The position numbers and the translations under genes were made by a program. A stretch of 64,000 nucleotides of DNA from Flaccisagitta enflata (Eukaryota): the NCBI GenBank assembly GCA_965153355.1, contig OZ231126.1:28582001-28646000 (forward strand), in the 5' to 3' direction. Each line of letters opens with the position of its first letter. Within the stretch, counting starts at the first letter, position 1. Positions 49,460-64,000 of this stretch are shown here, in pieces. Under the pieces are notes generated by a model, which was not told the DNA's origin, did not search any database, and saw only the letters and a program-made list of their open reading frames with translations.

Positions 49460-50797
49460 GCCGATTGCACCACTGGTTAGCTCCTGAGCAGTTTTTTATT
49501 TTGCTCATGGATATTAAGTCTTTTTATAAATTGTAAGTGGCCTAAATTTTCATCCAAAATTGACCAATTTGCAAAAAAATCGATTTTTTTGCACCTGCTT
49601 CTACAGTCTCTAAAATTTTTTGGGGGGAATATCGATCAAAATTTTTTTTACCATCAGCTAGAACAGGAAAAACTCTTCAATTTGATCACCAATTCTATGC
49701 AGATTGGTCCATCCAAAGCCCCAAAATATTAAAATTTGTGAAAAATGTCAAAATTGCCACTGAAATTGAAGCTCCCATTTTCCCTTCAAACCCTTTCATC
49801 TTTGAAATGCTCTCAAATCTAAACGAAAAATGATAGAAACATGCGGATTGCACCACTAGTGAGATCTTGAGCTCTAGTTTTATAATCTCATGGATTTTTA
49901 GGTTTGATTACTAAGGCTAAGTGGCCCAATTTGGCGGCCAAAATAACCTAAATTTGACATTTTTACCACAACCCATCAGAGAAAAACTGTCGTAAATTCT
50001 TGGAAACGACAATAACAAAGAAGTGGTACCCAGTTAAAAGGCGCAAATTTTATCCGTCATTGAAAAACAAGCTTCCCTAGCCTTTAGAAAAGTATAAATA
50101 TTTGCGCAAATAAATGCTGAGACATTTTCTACAAACCTGTTACAAATTACAAGCAAGAAAGTAAAAGGATTTGACATAAAGAATGCAGCTTAATTTAGCC
50201 AAATATTTACGACTGAAAAAGCGAGATGACCATCAAGTTATGATCAAAATATCAAATCTGGCACCTCTAAATCACAGAGAAAAGTCATATAGCGAGTAGT
50301 TTTCAACAGTATAGACATAGTCTGTTTAAAAAAGCTGCAGGCTGGGGTGTTCAATTGATTTGATGCAAAAACCGTTGGCCCTACCCCCCGCCTCCTTATG
50401 CCAGAAACCTCAAACCCTATTGAATAACATGGAAAATTGACAAAAACTGAAAAAGACAAAAGTTTTCATGGAATAATATAAAAAATTGAGAGAAAATGCA
50501 AAAATGCAAAAATCCCCATTGAATAACACGGACAATAGATGAAAAATGAAGAAAATGCAGAAATTCCCATTAGATAGCATTGGAAATTGACAAAAAAAGA
50601 AAAAATCTCATTGAATAACATGAAAACTCACTCCTGTGTCCTACAGGATATTGGCTTTTTTGGGCCGCTGCCATGCTCAGCTTTCACTAAATCACTCCCA
50701 GCAGGACATCGGGTACCGCTGAACATCTGGGATCCTTGGATGACTAATTGTTTGTGTGACTTTTTTAACTGACAATAGAGGGTTGAATGGACACAGC

Positions 50798-51829
50798 GGG
50801 GAATTCTCACCAGTGGGAAGGATTTTTTTCTCACCAGTGGGATGAAATCAAATTCTCACCAGTGGGATAAAAAATTTTTCCCACTGGTAATAAAAAAATA
50901 TTTACCACTGGTGAGAATTTTTAAAAAAAGAAATTCTCACCAGTGAGAAGAAAAAGGAGGAAATGGAGGAAGGGGGAGGAAAGGGCCTTAATCCAATAAT
51001 TTTAAGTTAGGATTTGGGTCCAAAAGCATGGAGTTGAGATCCAAGGCCAGGCCAGGCCAAGTATATGCATATATATGTTAACCTCTAACCTTTTCCCAAG
51101 AAACATTGGCCAATACCAGTCCAGACAGGAGGGCAGGGGTGAAAATGCCTGTTTTTACACTTTCAAACTTGATGACCCTTGACAGATCAACAGATGGACC
51201 AATGGACCAATGCACCAACAGACAGAGGGACAAAGCCTCTTATACAGTTAATAGTCTGCAACTAAAAAACTGTTGATGTAGCCGCTGTTTCAGTGAAAAT
51301 TTTGCCTTTACTGAGTGGCTGAAATGACGTATGGGTTCTATGAGTGTGTGGTTTCAGATTTTGATTTTGGGTCTTGGAAATAGGTCTTTAGATTTGAATA
51401 ATGGCATCATGGCTGAGACGAATGAGAAATTGACTGATGGAGAGACCAACTTACGGATGGACACATTCTCTTATAAAGATGCGAGAGACATCTAAAAATG
51501 GTGTGACAGGTGTTTGTTAAGTGATTTTGACAAATGGGCAATGGACAGATTGGAGACAGACTAACGGATGGACACACCTTAATATAGAGATGCGAGGATG
51601 CATCAAAAAACCTAACAAAGCTATTTAGGGTGATATATCTACTAGGATAGATATCATATAAATACAAATAATTCAAAACAATAAACTAACAGACATACAA
51701 TACATGCTTTGTTGCAAATTGAATCTAATATTCTAATCATTTTTTGTTTTGTAGAAGGAGAGGGCTTTTGCTGTCATTTTCTTATTGTTTTTTTTTTTCT
51801 CTCTGTCTCCTGTGTCTCTTTCTGTTTCT

Positions 51830-51875
<46 letters not shown>

Positions 51876-52047
51876 TTTGTCTTTCCTTTTTTCCTTTCCC
51901 ACTGGTGAGAATTTGATTCTTCCCACTGGTGAGAATTTGTTTGAAAAAAAAATCTCACCAGTGGGATGATTTTCTTATCCCACTGGTGAGAATATTTCTT
52001 AAAGCAAATTCTCACCAGTTCGATTTTCCCACTGGTGATACCCACCC
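50798..52047. mobile_element. Non-autonomous DNA transposon, Mutator-like
   Basis: 9-bp TSD GGACACAGC (50789-50797, 52048-52056); imperfect TIR GGG....T.TCACCAGTGGGAA; clusters of TTCTCACCAGTGGGA motifs at both ends. Confidence 0.7.
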
Positions 52048-52266
52048 GGACACAGCATTTGTTAGGGTTGCGTTTCTGTAACTCAAGGCCAGATACACGG
52101 CTAGAGAAAGAGAGAAAGATTCTTAATAGATTCTAAATAATGAACAAAGGATAGAAAGACAGACATTCTAAGTTATGAACATTTTGATATGTTTGTAACT
52201 TAGATTCTAAGTTATGAACATTCTTGAAGGGGCATAATTCAGATTCTAAATTACGATACGCACTCC

Positions 52267-52922
<656 letters not shown>

Positions 52923-55502
52923 GCAGTTCAGTTCAGTTGACTTTCCTCACCCGTACACTTATTTATGTTTGTTGCCCTTTGTTCTTTTATTCTACCGCTA
53001 CACTTCATGTGTGAATATAAACAAATTCAAAATTTTCTGAATGAGTGACGCAACATTTTGTTGCTTCCTTTAACTTCTGATAGACAAGAGTGACAAATCC
53101 TATCTCAGGGATGCTCAAACGCATCTAAAACCTTTGAGCGACGTGGAGGAATTTTGACTTGGAGGACGAAGTCGAAGTTGACCAACTGTTCGAGCATCCA
53201 AATTGGTGGACCGTGGGAAAGTCAAAGACGGCTCCTGCATCCCCAATAGTCGCGTCCATCCGTGTGATCTAACAAAGAAATCTCTTTATCAGTTATCGTC
53301 ATAATCATCCTCATCTGCAGCAGCTTCAACGTTATCATACTTGTCATCAACACATCATTTTCAAGTGCGTCCTCGCACTTCTACAGGAGGTCATGTCCGT
53401 CCGTGTGTCAGTCGTCCGGTCGGTTAGTAGGTTGGTCGGTCAAAATGTACAAAATGCCCGAATATGACGTCTCTCTTCTTTCCTACCACGTTTCATGCCT
53501 CACCACATTCATTTTCATCCTATGGATCATTCATTCATTCATTCATTCATTCATTCATTCATTCATTCATTCATTCATTTAAACCGTTCATTCACAAATT
53601 ATTAATCAAGCAAGGTGCAAATAAATTGTGCAATTATTGGCCATAACTTCGCCTTGTTGTGAGCATCATCAGCTTCACAGATTACTTCTATCATCATGCA
53701 TCATCACTAGAATCACCCTCACCAACATCATTACCCTAAAACGTTTTTATCACAAATCAATATGGCCATGATAATGCCACCAAATACGGTGAATCATTAT
53801 CATGTGTCATATGCATGACTAATCACCCTCACCAAAAAGTCAGCCTAATCTCGCTTCATCTTCATGTTTTATCATTATCAACTTCATCATGAATTGTCTC
53901 CATCATCAAGAGTCAGATATCATCATCATCTTCCACGTTTATAAACCTTGGCCTAGGATTAATATGATCGGAGTCAGAGCGACTGGAACCCAACAAGGTG
54001 GCGAATAATCTGCTTAAGCAGGACATATTCACTTCTTCTTCAGTTTCCTCCAAGCAGATCCTGTCGAGAAGATGATGTAGACCAGGGAGTTTAAAGAGGT
54101 TCATTTCATTTGCCACTTGCTAAAACTGGATTTCTCCCGCCACCTGCACAAGTTGAGCTAGCTGCATTATTTCTCATCGCAAAAAAAAAATTGAGTAAGG
54201 AGGCTAGAAAAAGGTCAATCTTGTGTAAAAAAACCTGGGGAATCCAACTGTGACCTTTTTAGAGCCCTACGCGGCTGCGTTTAGAAACGGCCCCAAAAAA
54301 ACACCCAAAAATGGCTATTTTTGGGTATTTTTGGCCAAAATTTAGTACTTAAATGGAGGCCAAGTGTTTAACTTCATACTTGGGGACACTTCAAGATGTA
54401 AGAGACTAGTAAAACAAGAATCATGATGATGGGGCTACTGTGGGGTACCTAAAAAGGCCCAAAAAGGGCCCCTAAAACGGAAAAAATGTAGTTTTTTTTT
54501 CATTGTGACTACAAAAATGAATGGAATGACTTCAAATTTAAAATGGAAGTTCCTTATAAATGCAACTACCATCATGTAAAAATTTGTGGCCCTCCTTAGA
54601 TGGCTTCATAGGAAAATTTGGCCACAAAAACCAAAAATCGCTCCAAAAAAATCAGTTTTTTGAGTTCATTGACCTAAAAACAATATTATAAGGTCAGGGT
54701 ACCCCAATTTTTTTTTCTATTTTGCTAATATAAGATGTTTGGAGGTTCCAAAAAAAATTTCAGGCCATATTTCCAAAAAATGGCTGAGATATGACCATTT
54801 GAAGCGACGTGGTAAAAATGGAAAACGCCGAAAATGGTCATTTTTTGTGATTTTTTTAAACAATTGGGTACAAAAAGGGGTCCTGTTCATTTTAATTCAT
54901 AGTTGGGGACACTACAAGATGTAAGAGATTATAAAAACAGGAATCATAATGATGGGGCTATTGTGGGGTACCTAAAAAGGCCCAAAAAGGGCCCCTAAAA
55001 CGAAAAAAATGTATTTTTTTTTTCATTGTGACTACAAAAATGAATGGAATGACTTCAAATTTGAAATGGAAGTTCCTTATAGATGCAACTGCCATCATGT
55101 AAAGATTTGTGGCCCTCCTTAGATGGCTTCATAGGAAAATTTGGCCACAAAAACCAAAAATCGCTCCAAAAAAATCAGTTTTTTGAGTTAATTGACCTAA
55201 AAACAATATTTGAAGGTCAGGGTACCCCAATTTTTTTTTCTATTTTGCTAATATAAGATGTTTGGACTCTACAACCCGCTTGGTCGGTCCGTCCGTCCGT
55301 TGGTCCGTCCATCTGTCGGTCCGTCCGTCCGTCGGTCCGTCACACTTTACTTTTTTGGGGGGTTTTGCGATCTTTGGCCTCACTGCTCCTGCCCAAATGA
55401 TTGAGTGACCTCAAAAACAGCCCCTGCCCGAGACTGGTGTAGCTGTGTATCCGGCCTTGTTAGTCAAAGACATGCAAATCTAACCTTGCTTTGTCAGTCA
55501 GT

Positions 55503-55567
<65 letters not shown>

Positions 55568-55582
55568 GACAGAGAGAGAGAC

Positions 55583-55627
<45 letters not shown>

Positions 55628-55847
55628 GACAGACAGACAGACACACACACACACACACACAAACACTAAGAGAAGGGGGAGGGAGTGGTTAGAAGAGGAT
55701 TGGTGATTCGAAAGAACGATCTGTACTCGAAACAAAAGTCGGCAATAAATCTTTTTGGTGTTTACGTGTCAGTTGCCTCGCCTAAAAAATGTAAGAAACG
55801 TAAGAATGTAAGAACCTGCATGTGTTTCAACTGACAACCAAAAACGC

Positions 55848-56068
55848 GTTTTTAGTCGCGTGCTACGCGACTCTACACCCCGCTTTGTCTGTCCATTGGT
55901 CCGTCCGTCGGTCCATCCGTCGGTCCATAGGTCCGTCCGTCACACTACTTTTTCTGGGTTTTTGCGGTTTTTGGCCTCACTGCTCCTGCCCAAATGATGG
56001 AGTGACCTCAATTATGGCCCCTGCCCACCCGCACGCGACTGGGGTAGCCGTGTATCCGGCCTTGTTTA
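55848..56068 (+). mobile_element. DINE-1/HINE-like element (complete)
   Basis: TTTTTAGTCGCGTGCTACGCGACT 5' hairpin, (GTCC)n, GCACGCGACT subterminal inverted repeat, GCCGTGTATCCGGC hairpin, CTTGTTT; a 5'-truncated relative lies at 55265-55461. Confidence 0.75.
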
Positions 56069-57160
56069 CTGTAAAACAGGTATATCCTTAACATATATAA
56101 ATTGCAATGTTCCTACAAAATAGTGAGCGAAGCAAGTGAACGAGCCTGTGAATGAAGCTATCAAGCGAGCAAAGCAAGTGGAGCCCTGCAAAGTGGAGCC
56201 CTGCAGAAAAAGTGAGTGGATAGAGCGAGAGAATGTAACGAGCAACCGAGTGGCCCTTTAAAAACACAATTGTCTGTGACTGGAAACACGCCCTTTGGCT
56301 GCGTAGGTTTGGATGCTTCAACGTTTCATTTTCTTACACGATGCTCAAAAACCTCCTGAAGATTCGGACTCAGAAGAGGAGAGTGATTTGGAAGAGGAAG
56401 ATGAGGAAGATGAAGAGCAATTGGAAGATCCAAATGAAGAACTCTGAAGATAAAGCACAATCTTCAAAGGGGTCACCTTCATTTTAGCCGGCTAATAAAG
56501 GGATGATACAAATGAACTTACTAACTGACAACTCAGGAGTTTTGTACTAGATAGGTTAGGTGAGGCGGGAATGGAAGGTTCATGGTAGCATCCTAGCCAA
56601 ACAATTGTTTGGTAAAGATGTGACGAACTAGCCTAGCCAACAGCTACGAGTTGCTCATTCCTGTAAACTGAGCCACGAGAGCCAGAGTGTTAACATCCTT
56701 TTTATTCAATAAAAATGGAAATTAACTGTGCTAACTCTGTTAAACAGTAACTGTACAGAAAATAACAAGAAAAACACATAATTTTGAAATAATTGTACAG
56801 GGACTGTTTATTTGCTGTGGCCAGGCCGAGTTGGCGGGTGCTGTATACAGTGTTTCATACAGGGACTAATTCTTGGAGTAGGATTGTAAGGAAGTTATAA
56901 GTGGCTGATCTCAGAAAGCCACTTTTTCAATTTTTCCCTACTCTTTTACAGCAAGAAAACCCAACACAATTTATTTTTTGGATCGCTCACATATATCCAT
57001 CACCAAAAATGACCATTTTTGGCATTTTTCAGTTTTACCACGTCGCTTAAAATGGTGATATCTCAGCCATTTTATGGAAGTATGGGCTGAAACTTTTTTA
57101 AGAACTTCCAAACATCTTATATTAGCAAAACAAAAAAAAATTGGGGTACCCTGACCTTCA

Positions 57161-58753
57161 GTAGTAAAATTATATTTTCATGAAAAATATAACAACAGTA
57201 TCTACGCAGCTCAACAGATTGTTGGATTGTAAAAATTGCCAGACGACAATGACTAGTCCTACACAGATCATCGTTGCGCAGATAAAAACGAAAAGGTAAT
57301 AAATAAAAGCAAACAGCAATAATGAAAATATGTAACATTGGCTCAGCGGGTAATCAAAAGGCGTGGAGCTGTCCAGGATGGCTCATTTCTTGCCGAAAAT
57401 AAACTATAAGAGCCAAGAAGCGCAGCCTTAGAACCGTTTTTAACCAGAAGCTTAAAAACATTCTTAGAATCACTGCAGAATTCGTAAGCAAAGCATTTGA
57501 GCCTCGATTTATTCTCTTTGGAGATCTGTCCACGCACTGTTACTTCAACAGAGAATTGAAAAACCTTATAATCGTGAGAAAGGTCGGCAACAAGAGGGGC
57601 ATACTTGTTTTCTTTGAACTCGTGGCTGCGATTTACATTTGAATCCCATGGGCAAGTAAGTTCCAATAATGCAATGCGGCGTCTAGATCGGTCAATGAAA
57701 AACAAGTCAGGCCTGAATGACGTCACTAGAATATCAGGAGGGATGGTCCCACCGTGCGGCGCTTGGAATCCATCCAAATCCGAGAAAAAAACAACATCAG
57801 ATTTTAGCCGTGACGCAAATACATCAATAAAGGATCGAAGTACGGAGTTATGGCGCCATGTAAAGCGGCCTTGGTCAAGAGCAGAAGAGCAATTCGACAG
57901 AACATGTGCAAGCGTCTGGATGTTCCCACAAAACGGGCATCTATCATTTACCCTTTTGCCCCATCTTTTAAGATTATCAAACGTAGGCAGGGTGTTAATC
58001 CCAGCATTTATGGCAAACTTCAGAACTCCCTGTGGGATATCCCACAGGTAACTTTTCCAAGTGATACAACTATTCTCTTCCATTAACAATGCGAGATAGT
58101 CACCCTGCATTATGTAGTGCCCAACTTTCTCCTTCCAAAAATCATCGACATGTCTCTGAACCCCCTCCTGGATCTTACCCTTAAGCTGCTTCTGAGTCAA
58201 GGCCCTGGGGGTGGGAACAGGAGCATTGGCTGCAGCCTCAGCAGCTACCACCTCCTCCATGATCCCCTCCGGCAGGGGGGAAAACTGCTCAGAAGTACCA
58301 AGAGAGAGATCCAGGTTTTGCCCCGCTACAACTTCATCACTAGGCGCAACCTGAGGAATGACCTCTTCAATAATACCCTTAGCATAGGTCGCAGAGGAGA
58401 ATTTTCGGCACCACTTGCCCTCTCTTTCTTCTTTTGAATCCAACGCATGCCGCACACGATCGTCGCCAAACAACCTGATTTTGGATAAAGACAAAGCGCG
58501 TGATTCCATGTATAAGTGGCTAATGGATTTGATGTTAAGTCCATGGGCATCGTGAACTAAAGCCCATGAGGCACCACGGGGGAGACCTAGCCATTTTTTA
58601 AGATAGCGATGAGTGAGGGAATTGAGATCATCAAGTTGGGCCAAACACAAATCATGTACGGAAAAAACAAAACGGTTGGCCCCCAGGAAATATTCGGAAT
58701 AGATTCTTACCTTGTACTCATTCCTGACCAAAAGATCATCAATATCAATATTC
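57161..58753 (-). mobile_element. 5'-truncated R2-superfamily (RLE) non-LTR retrotransposon, Hero/NeSL-like
   Basis: Interrupts a 524-bp repeat at GACCTTCA|AATATTG; contains ORF 57343-58755. Confidence 0.8.
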
Positions 58754-58755
58754 AA
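57343..58755 (-). CDS. C-terminal part of a retrotransposon ORF: RT thumb, CCHC knuckle, restriction-like endonuclease (truncated)
   Basis: RYLKKWLGLP; CPFC..TLAHVLSNC..GRFTWRHNSVL; RPDL..LLELTCPW..KENKY. Confidence 0.85.
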   Translation of the reverse strand: MNIDIDDLLVRNEYKVRIYSEYFLGANRFVFSVHDLCLAQLDDLNSLTHRYLKKWLGLPRGASWALVHDAHGLNIKSISHLYMESRALSLSKIRLFGDDRVRHALDSKEEREGKWCRKFSSATYAKGIIEEVIPQVAPSDEVVAGQNLDLSLGTSEQFSPLPEGIMEEVVAAEAAANAPVPTPRALTQKQLKGKIQEGVQRHVDDFWKEKVGHYIMQGDYLALLMEENSCITWKSYLWDIPQGVLKFAINAGINTLPTFDNLKRWGKRVNDRCPFCGNIQTLAHVLSNCSSALDQGRFTWRHNSVLRSFIDVFASRLKSDVVFFSDLDGFQAPHGGTIPPDILVTSFRPDLFFIDRSRRRIALLELTCPWDSNVNRSHEFKENKYAPLVADLSHDYKVFQFSVEVTVRGQISKENKSRLKCFAYEFCSDSKNVFKLLVKNGSKAALLGSYSLFSARNEPSWTAPRLLITR

Positions 58756-60367
58756 TATTGTTTCTAGGTCAATGAACTGAGAAAACTGATTTTTTTGAGC
58801 AATTTTTTTTGTGGCCTAATTTTCCTATGAAGCCATTTAAGGAGGGCCAAAATTTTTTTTCATGATGGTAGTTGCATTTATTAGGAACTTCCATTTCTAA
58901 TTTTAAGGCATTCCATTCATTTTTGTAGTCACAATGAAAAAAAAACTATTTATTTTTTGCTTCAGGGGCCCTTTTTGGGCCTTTTTAGGTACCCCACCAT
59001 AGCCCCATCATTATGATTCCTGTTTTTATAATCTCTTACATCTTGTAGTGTCCCCAACTATGAATTAAAATGAACGGGACCCCTTTTTGTGTCCAATTGT
59101 TTTTAAAAATCACCAAAAATGACCATTTTTGGCATTTTTCAGTTTTACCACGTCGCTTCAAATGGTCATATCTCAGCCATTTTTTGGAAATATGGCCTGA
59201 AATTTTTTTTGGAACCTCCAAACATCTTATAATAGCAAAATAGAAAAAAGAAATTGGGGAACCCTGATCTTGAAATATTGTTTTTAGGTCAATGAACTAA
59301 AAAAACTGATTTTTTTGGAGCGATTTTGGGTTTTTGTGGCCAAATTTTCCTATGAAGCCATTTAAGGAGGGCCACAAATTTTTACATGATGGTAGTTGCA
59401 TTTATTAAGAACTTCCATTTCCAATTTGAAGGCATTCCATTCATTTTTGTAGTCACAATGAAAAAAAAACTACATTTTTTTCGTTTTAGGGGCCCTTTTT
59501 GGGCCTTTTTAGGTACCCCACAATAGCCCCATCATTATGATTCCTGTTTTTATAATCTCTTACATCTTGTAGTGTCCCCAACTATGAATTAAAATGAACA
59601 GGACCCCTTTTTGTACCCAATTGTTTAAAAAAATCACCAAAAATGACCATTTTTGGCGTTTTCCATTTTTACCACGTCGCTTCAAATGGTCATATCTCAG
59701 CCATTTTTTGGAAATATGGCCTGAAATTTTTTTTGGAACCTCCAAACATCTTATATTAGCAAAATAGAAAAAAATATTGGGGTACCCTGACCTTATAATA
59801 TTGTTTTTAGGTCAATGAACTCAAAAAACTGATTTTTTGGGAGCGATTTTTGGTTTTTGTGGCCAAATTTTCCTATGAAGCCATCTAAGGAGGGCCACAA
59901 ATTTTTACATGATGGTAGTTGCATTTATAAGGAACTTCCATTTCAAATTTGAAGTCATTCCATTCATTTTTGTAGTCACAATGAAAAAAAAACTACATTT
60001 TTTTCGTTTTAGGGGCCCTTTTTGGGCCTTTTTAGGTACCCCACAATAGCCCCATCATCATGATTCTTGTTTTACTAGTCTCTTACATCTTGAAGTGTCC
60101 CCAACTATGAATTTAAACACTTGGCCTCCATTTAAGTACTAAATTTTGGCCAAAAATACCCAAAAATAGCCATTTTTGGGTGTTTTTTTGGGGCCGTTTC
60201 TAAACGCAGCCGCGTAGGGCTCTAAAAAGGTCACGGTTGGATTCCCCAGGTTTTTTTACATAAGATTGGGCCTTTTTTAGCCTCCTTACTAAATTTTTTT
60301 TTTTTTTTTTTTCATCGTAGCCCAACTTGTGCAGGTGGCGGTTCTCTCTCTCTCTTTCTCTTTCTCT

Positions 60368-60468
<101 letters not shown>

Positions 60469-60538
60469 ACTCACTCACTCACTCACTCACTCACTCACTC
60501 ACTCACTCACTCACTCTCTCTCTCTCCTCTACTCCAAC

Positions 60539-61787
<1,249 letters not shown>

Positions 61788-62409
61788 GACTTTTTCTACA
61801 GTTTTACATGCCCATTTGATGTATAAATCCATTTCAAAAGATTGCAAAAAAATCTGTATGGCGCTTTTTTGATAAATCTCATTTTTTTACCATGATGAAG
61901 TACAGGTTGTTGTACTTTTTCCAATTTTGCATGAATGCCTTTGTTTTGCTTATAACTTCTACAGAAATTGGAGAAAATCCCTATGGTTGGTCTCATTTGA
62001 TAGATCTTTGGAAGAGCTTTCCAAATGTCACTGATTTTTTGTGGATTCATCAAAAAACAACCTCGTTATGACTTGCCAAAGTTGATACGGTGGTACAAGT
62101 TGATGTAGCATTTCATATTTTACATAAACACCCTAGTTTTACCTATAATTGCCTAATGGATAAACCTGCAGGCCTCTGAGTGGTCTCATTTGGAAGATAT
62201 TTTGAAGTAGTATATCAAATTTAAAAAAAAATAAATATGTTGGCCCCTTTAGATCCTCCAAGGCTTTGTTAAAGAGGATCCAAAAATACAAAAAATCTAA
62301 AATCTACCAATTAAAGAGATTTGCTTGTTTTTGGGCAGCGGCCCCAAAGGGGCCCATTACGTATGCTTTCACACAAGAGAAATTTCTCCTCCTTCTACGT
62401 ACCCCCCCG

Positions 62410-62925
62410 TTGAGACCCAAATTCTAGTCTTAAGGCCCTTATCCTAGCCCCAGAGCTCAAATCCCAGCCTCAAAGCTCAAATCCCAGCTTCAAAGCTCAA
62501 ATCCCAGCCTCAAAGCTCAAATCCCAGCCTCAAAGCTCAAATCCCAGCCTCGAGGCTCAAATCCAGCCTCGAGGCTCAAATTTCAGCCGTGAGGCTCAAT
62601 TCCCAGCCTCATGACTCAAACCCAAGCCTCAAAGTTCAAATCCCAGTCACGAGAGTCAAATCCCAGTCACCAGGCTCAAATCCCAGTCACCAGGCTCAAA
62701 TCCCAGTCTCCAGGCTCAAATCCCAGTCTCCAGGCTCAAATCCCAGCCTCGAGGCCCAAATTGTAGTCTTGAGGCCCAAATTCTAGCCTCAAGGCTCAAA
62801 TCCCAGCCTTGAAGCTCAAATATCAGCTCGAGGCTCTATTCCCAGCCCCAAGGCTCAAATCCCAGCTGCAAGGCTCATATGCCAGCCTCCAGCCCCTGAT
62901 TCAAGCTTTGAAGCTCAAATAAAAA
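62410..62925. repeat. ~21-bp minisatellite (AAATCCCAGCCTCAAGGCTC)
   Basis: More than 20 degenerate copies. Confidence 0.9.
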
Positions 62926-63384
62926 CAGCATAGGTCAGCGGCCCCTTCGGGGCTGCTGCCCCTCTAACTACCTCACACCATCATACAGTCACATAGGGGC
63001 AACGGGTACCGCTGACCATCTAATGCTTTTGCGACTATTCTCTGTGTTATTGCAGGATGTTGAAAATTTCTATTAAGTAACTGTTATGTTGCATGTAGAA
63101 ATTAGTTAAGACCAACAATGAAGGTTTAGGGTCCATTGAGGCTCTATCTAAAGAGCTCAAAACGCTCAATATAGACTCAATCTTGATCAAAATCTCAACA
63201 TTTTTGGAAAGTTTTTATTGTTTATAACCAAATGAGTGGTACATTTCTTCTCACTCACTGTTATCCAATGCAGGGTAACTGTGGGGGAACAAATATACAA
63301 GTTGAGGGCCTTTAAGAGGTTCATCAAGGGCTTCAAATGACTCAAAATGACCCTAAAATAGTGAAAATCTTGTTATTTGTGGTC

Positions 63385-63830
63385 TGAAAGGCCTGCTTTG
63401 AGGTCTTAGGGGCCTTATCCTGGATGTCTGAGGCCTGAGTTGGGTCTTAGAGGCTGGAATAAGAGTGTGGGATGCCTGAGTCTGGTTTGAGAGGCCAGAA
63501 TTGGGGTCTAGGAGGCCTGATTTGGGGAATGAGGGGCTTTAATAATACTTATGGTCTAAGAGGCCTGACTACCGGTCTGAGAGGCCTGGGTTAGGATCTT
63601 AGAGGCCAAAAGTGGGGTCTCATAGACCTGATTTGGGGTCTGAGAGCTCTCTTTCGGCCTAGTTTAGGGTCTGGCAGGCCCTATTTGGGGTCCGAAGGGC
63701 TTCAATTAGGGTCGGAGGGTCTGATCTGAAAGGCCTGAGTTGGGTCTGAAAAGTCTGATATGGGGTCTGAGAGGCCTGATTTAGGATCGAAGAGGCTTGA
63801 TTTGGGGTCTGAGGGCCTGATTTTAGGTGG
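63385..63830. repeat. ~21-bp degenerate minisatellite (GGGGTCTGAGAGGCCTGATTT)
   Basis: Direct reading; neighbouring GGGCAGCGGCCCCAAAGGGG motif recurs at ~62332 and 63931. Confidence 0.8.
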
Positions 63831-64000
63831 GGGGACAGAAACTGGAAACAGGTCGCCCAAGGGCAATATGTGGTCAGCGATACCCGTTGCCCTGCTTTGC
63901 ATGAATATGAATTGGAGTGAGAGGAAGCAGGGCAGCGGCCCCAAAGGGGACAAAGTCCTGTAAAACACAGGGGGACTTTCGTTCGTCCCTCCAGGCTCTC

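Larger units (their letters stand above)
54137..60341. mobile_element. Foldback-like element with >1.1-kb inverted arms built from ~524-bp tandem repeats
   Basis: Ends CCGCCACCTGCACAAGTTG / CAACTTGTGCAGGTGGCGG, both flanked by TTCTC; 54181-55265 is the reverse complement of ~59215-60300; 524-bp period (59036 vs 59560). Confidence 0.8.

Noticed and set aside
53913-54120. Possible terminal exon (67-aa ORF, minus strand) linked to 60539-61787
   Set aside because: Splice phases do not match on inspection and there is no homology evidence
54739-59745. Three similar 61-aa ORFs (MEVPKKISGH...)
   Set aside because: By-product of the 524-bp tandem repeat; non-ATG starts and AT-rich non-coding character

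Overview
Repeat-rich eukaryotic (probably invertebrate animal) DNA, not prokaryotic. No confidently identifiable host gene. The flanks (1-6.2 kb and 36.5-64 kb) are microsatellites, DINE-1/HINE-like and MITE-like elements, LINE fragments and a 6.2-kb foldback element. The centre (6.3-36.5 kb) holds the striking structure, a ~5.2-kb unit repeated head-to-tail (two full copies plus the first bases of a third). Each unit carries (i) a 603-aa Zn-finger + tyrosine-recombinase gene with a KxxR active-site variant and an NLS (intact in copy 2, nonsense-disrupted in copy 1), (ii) a convergently oriented, internally deleted 'mini' 18S rRNA plus a second 18S-derived piece, (iii) a 24-26-bp inverted repeat, and (iv) a spacer-interleaved TTAGGG array. 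The leftmost unit is preceded by a CCCTAA array, and units join through an identical GGGTT|AACCC telomere-fusion-like palindrome. Two distinct CsRn1-type Ty3/Gypsy LTR retrotransposons with intact ORFs have inserted into or next to the telomeric array. They share unusual Pol features: DGG protease, Cys-rich RT insert, KxVSF motif in a long linker, and a conserved C-terminal peptide. All protein and RNA assignments come from motif recognition by eye, without database searches.
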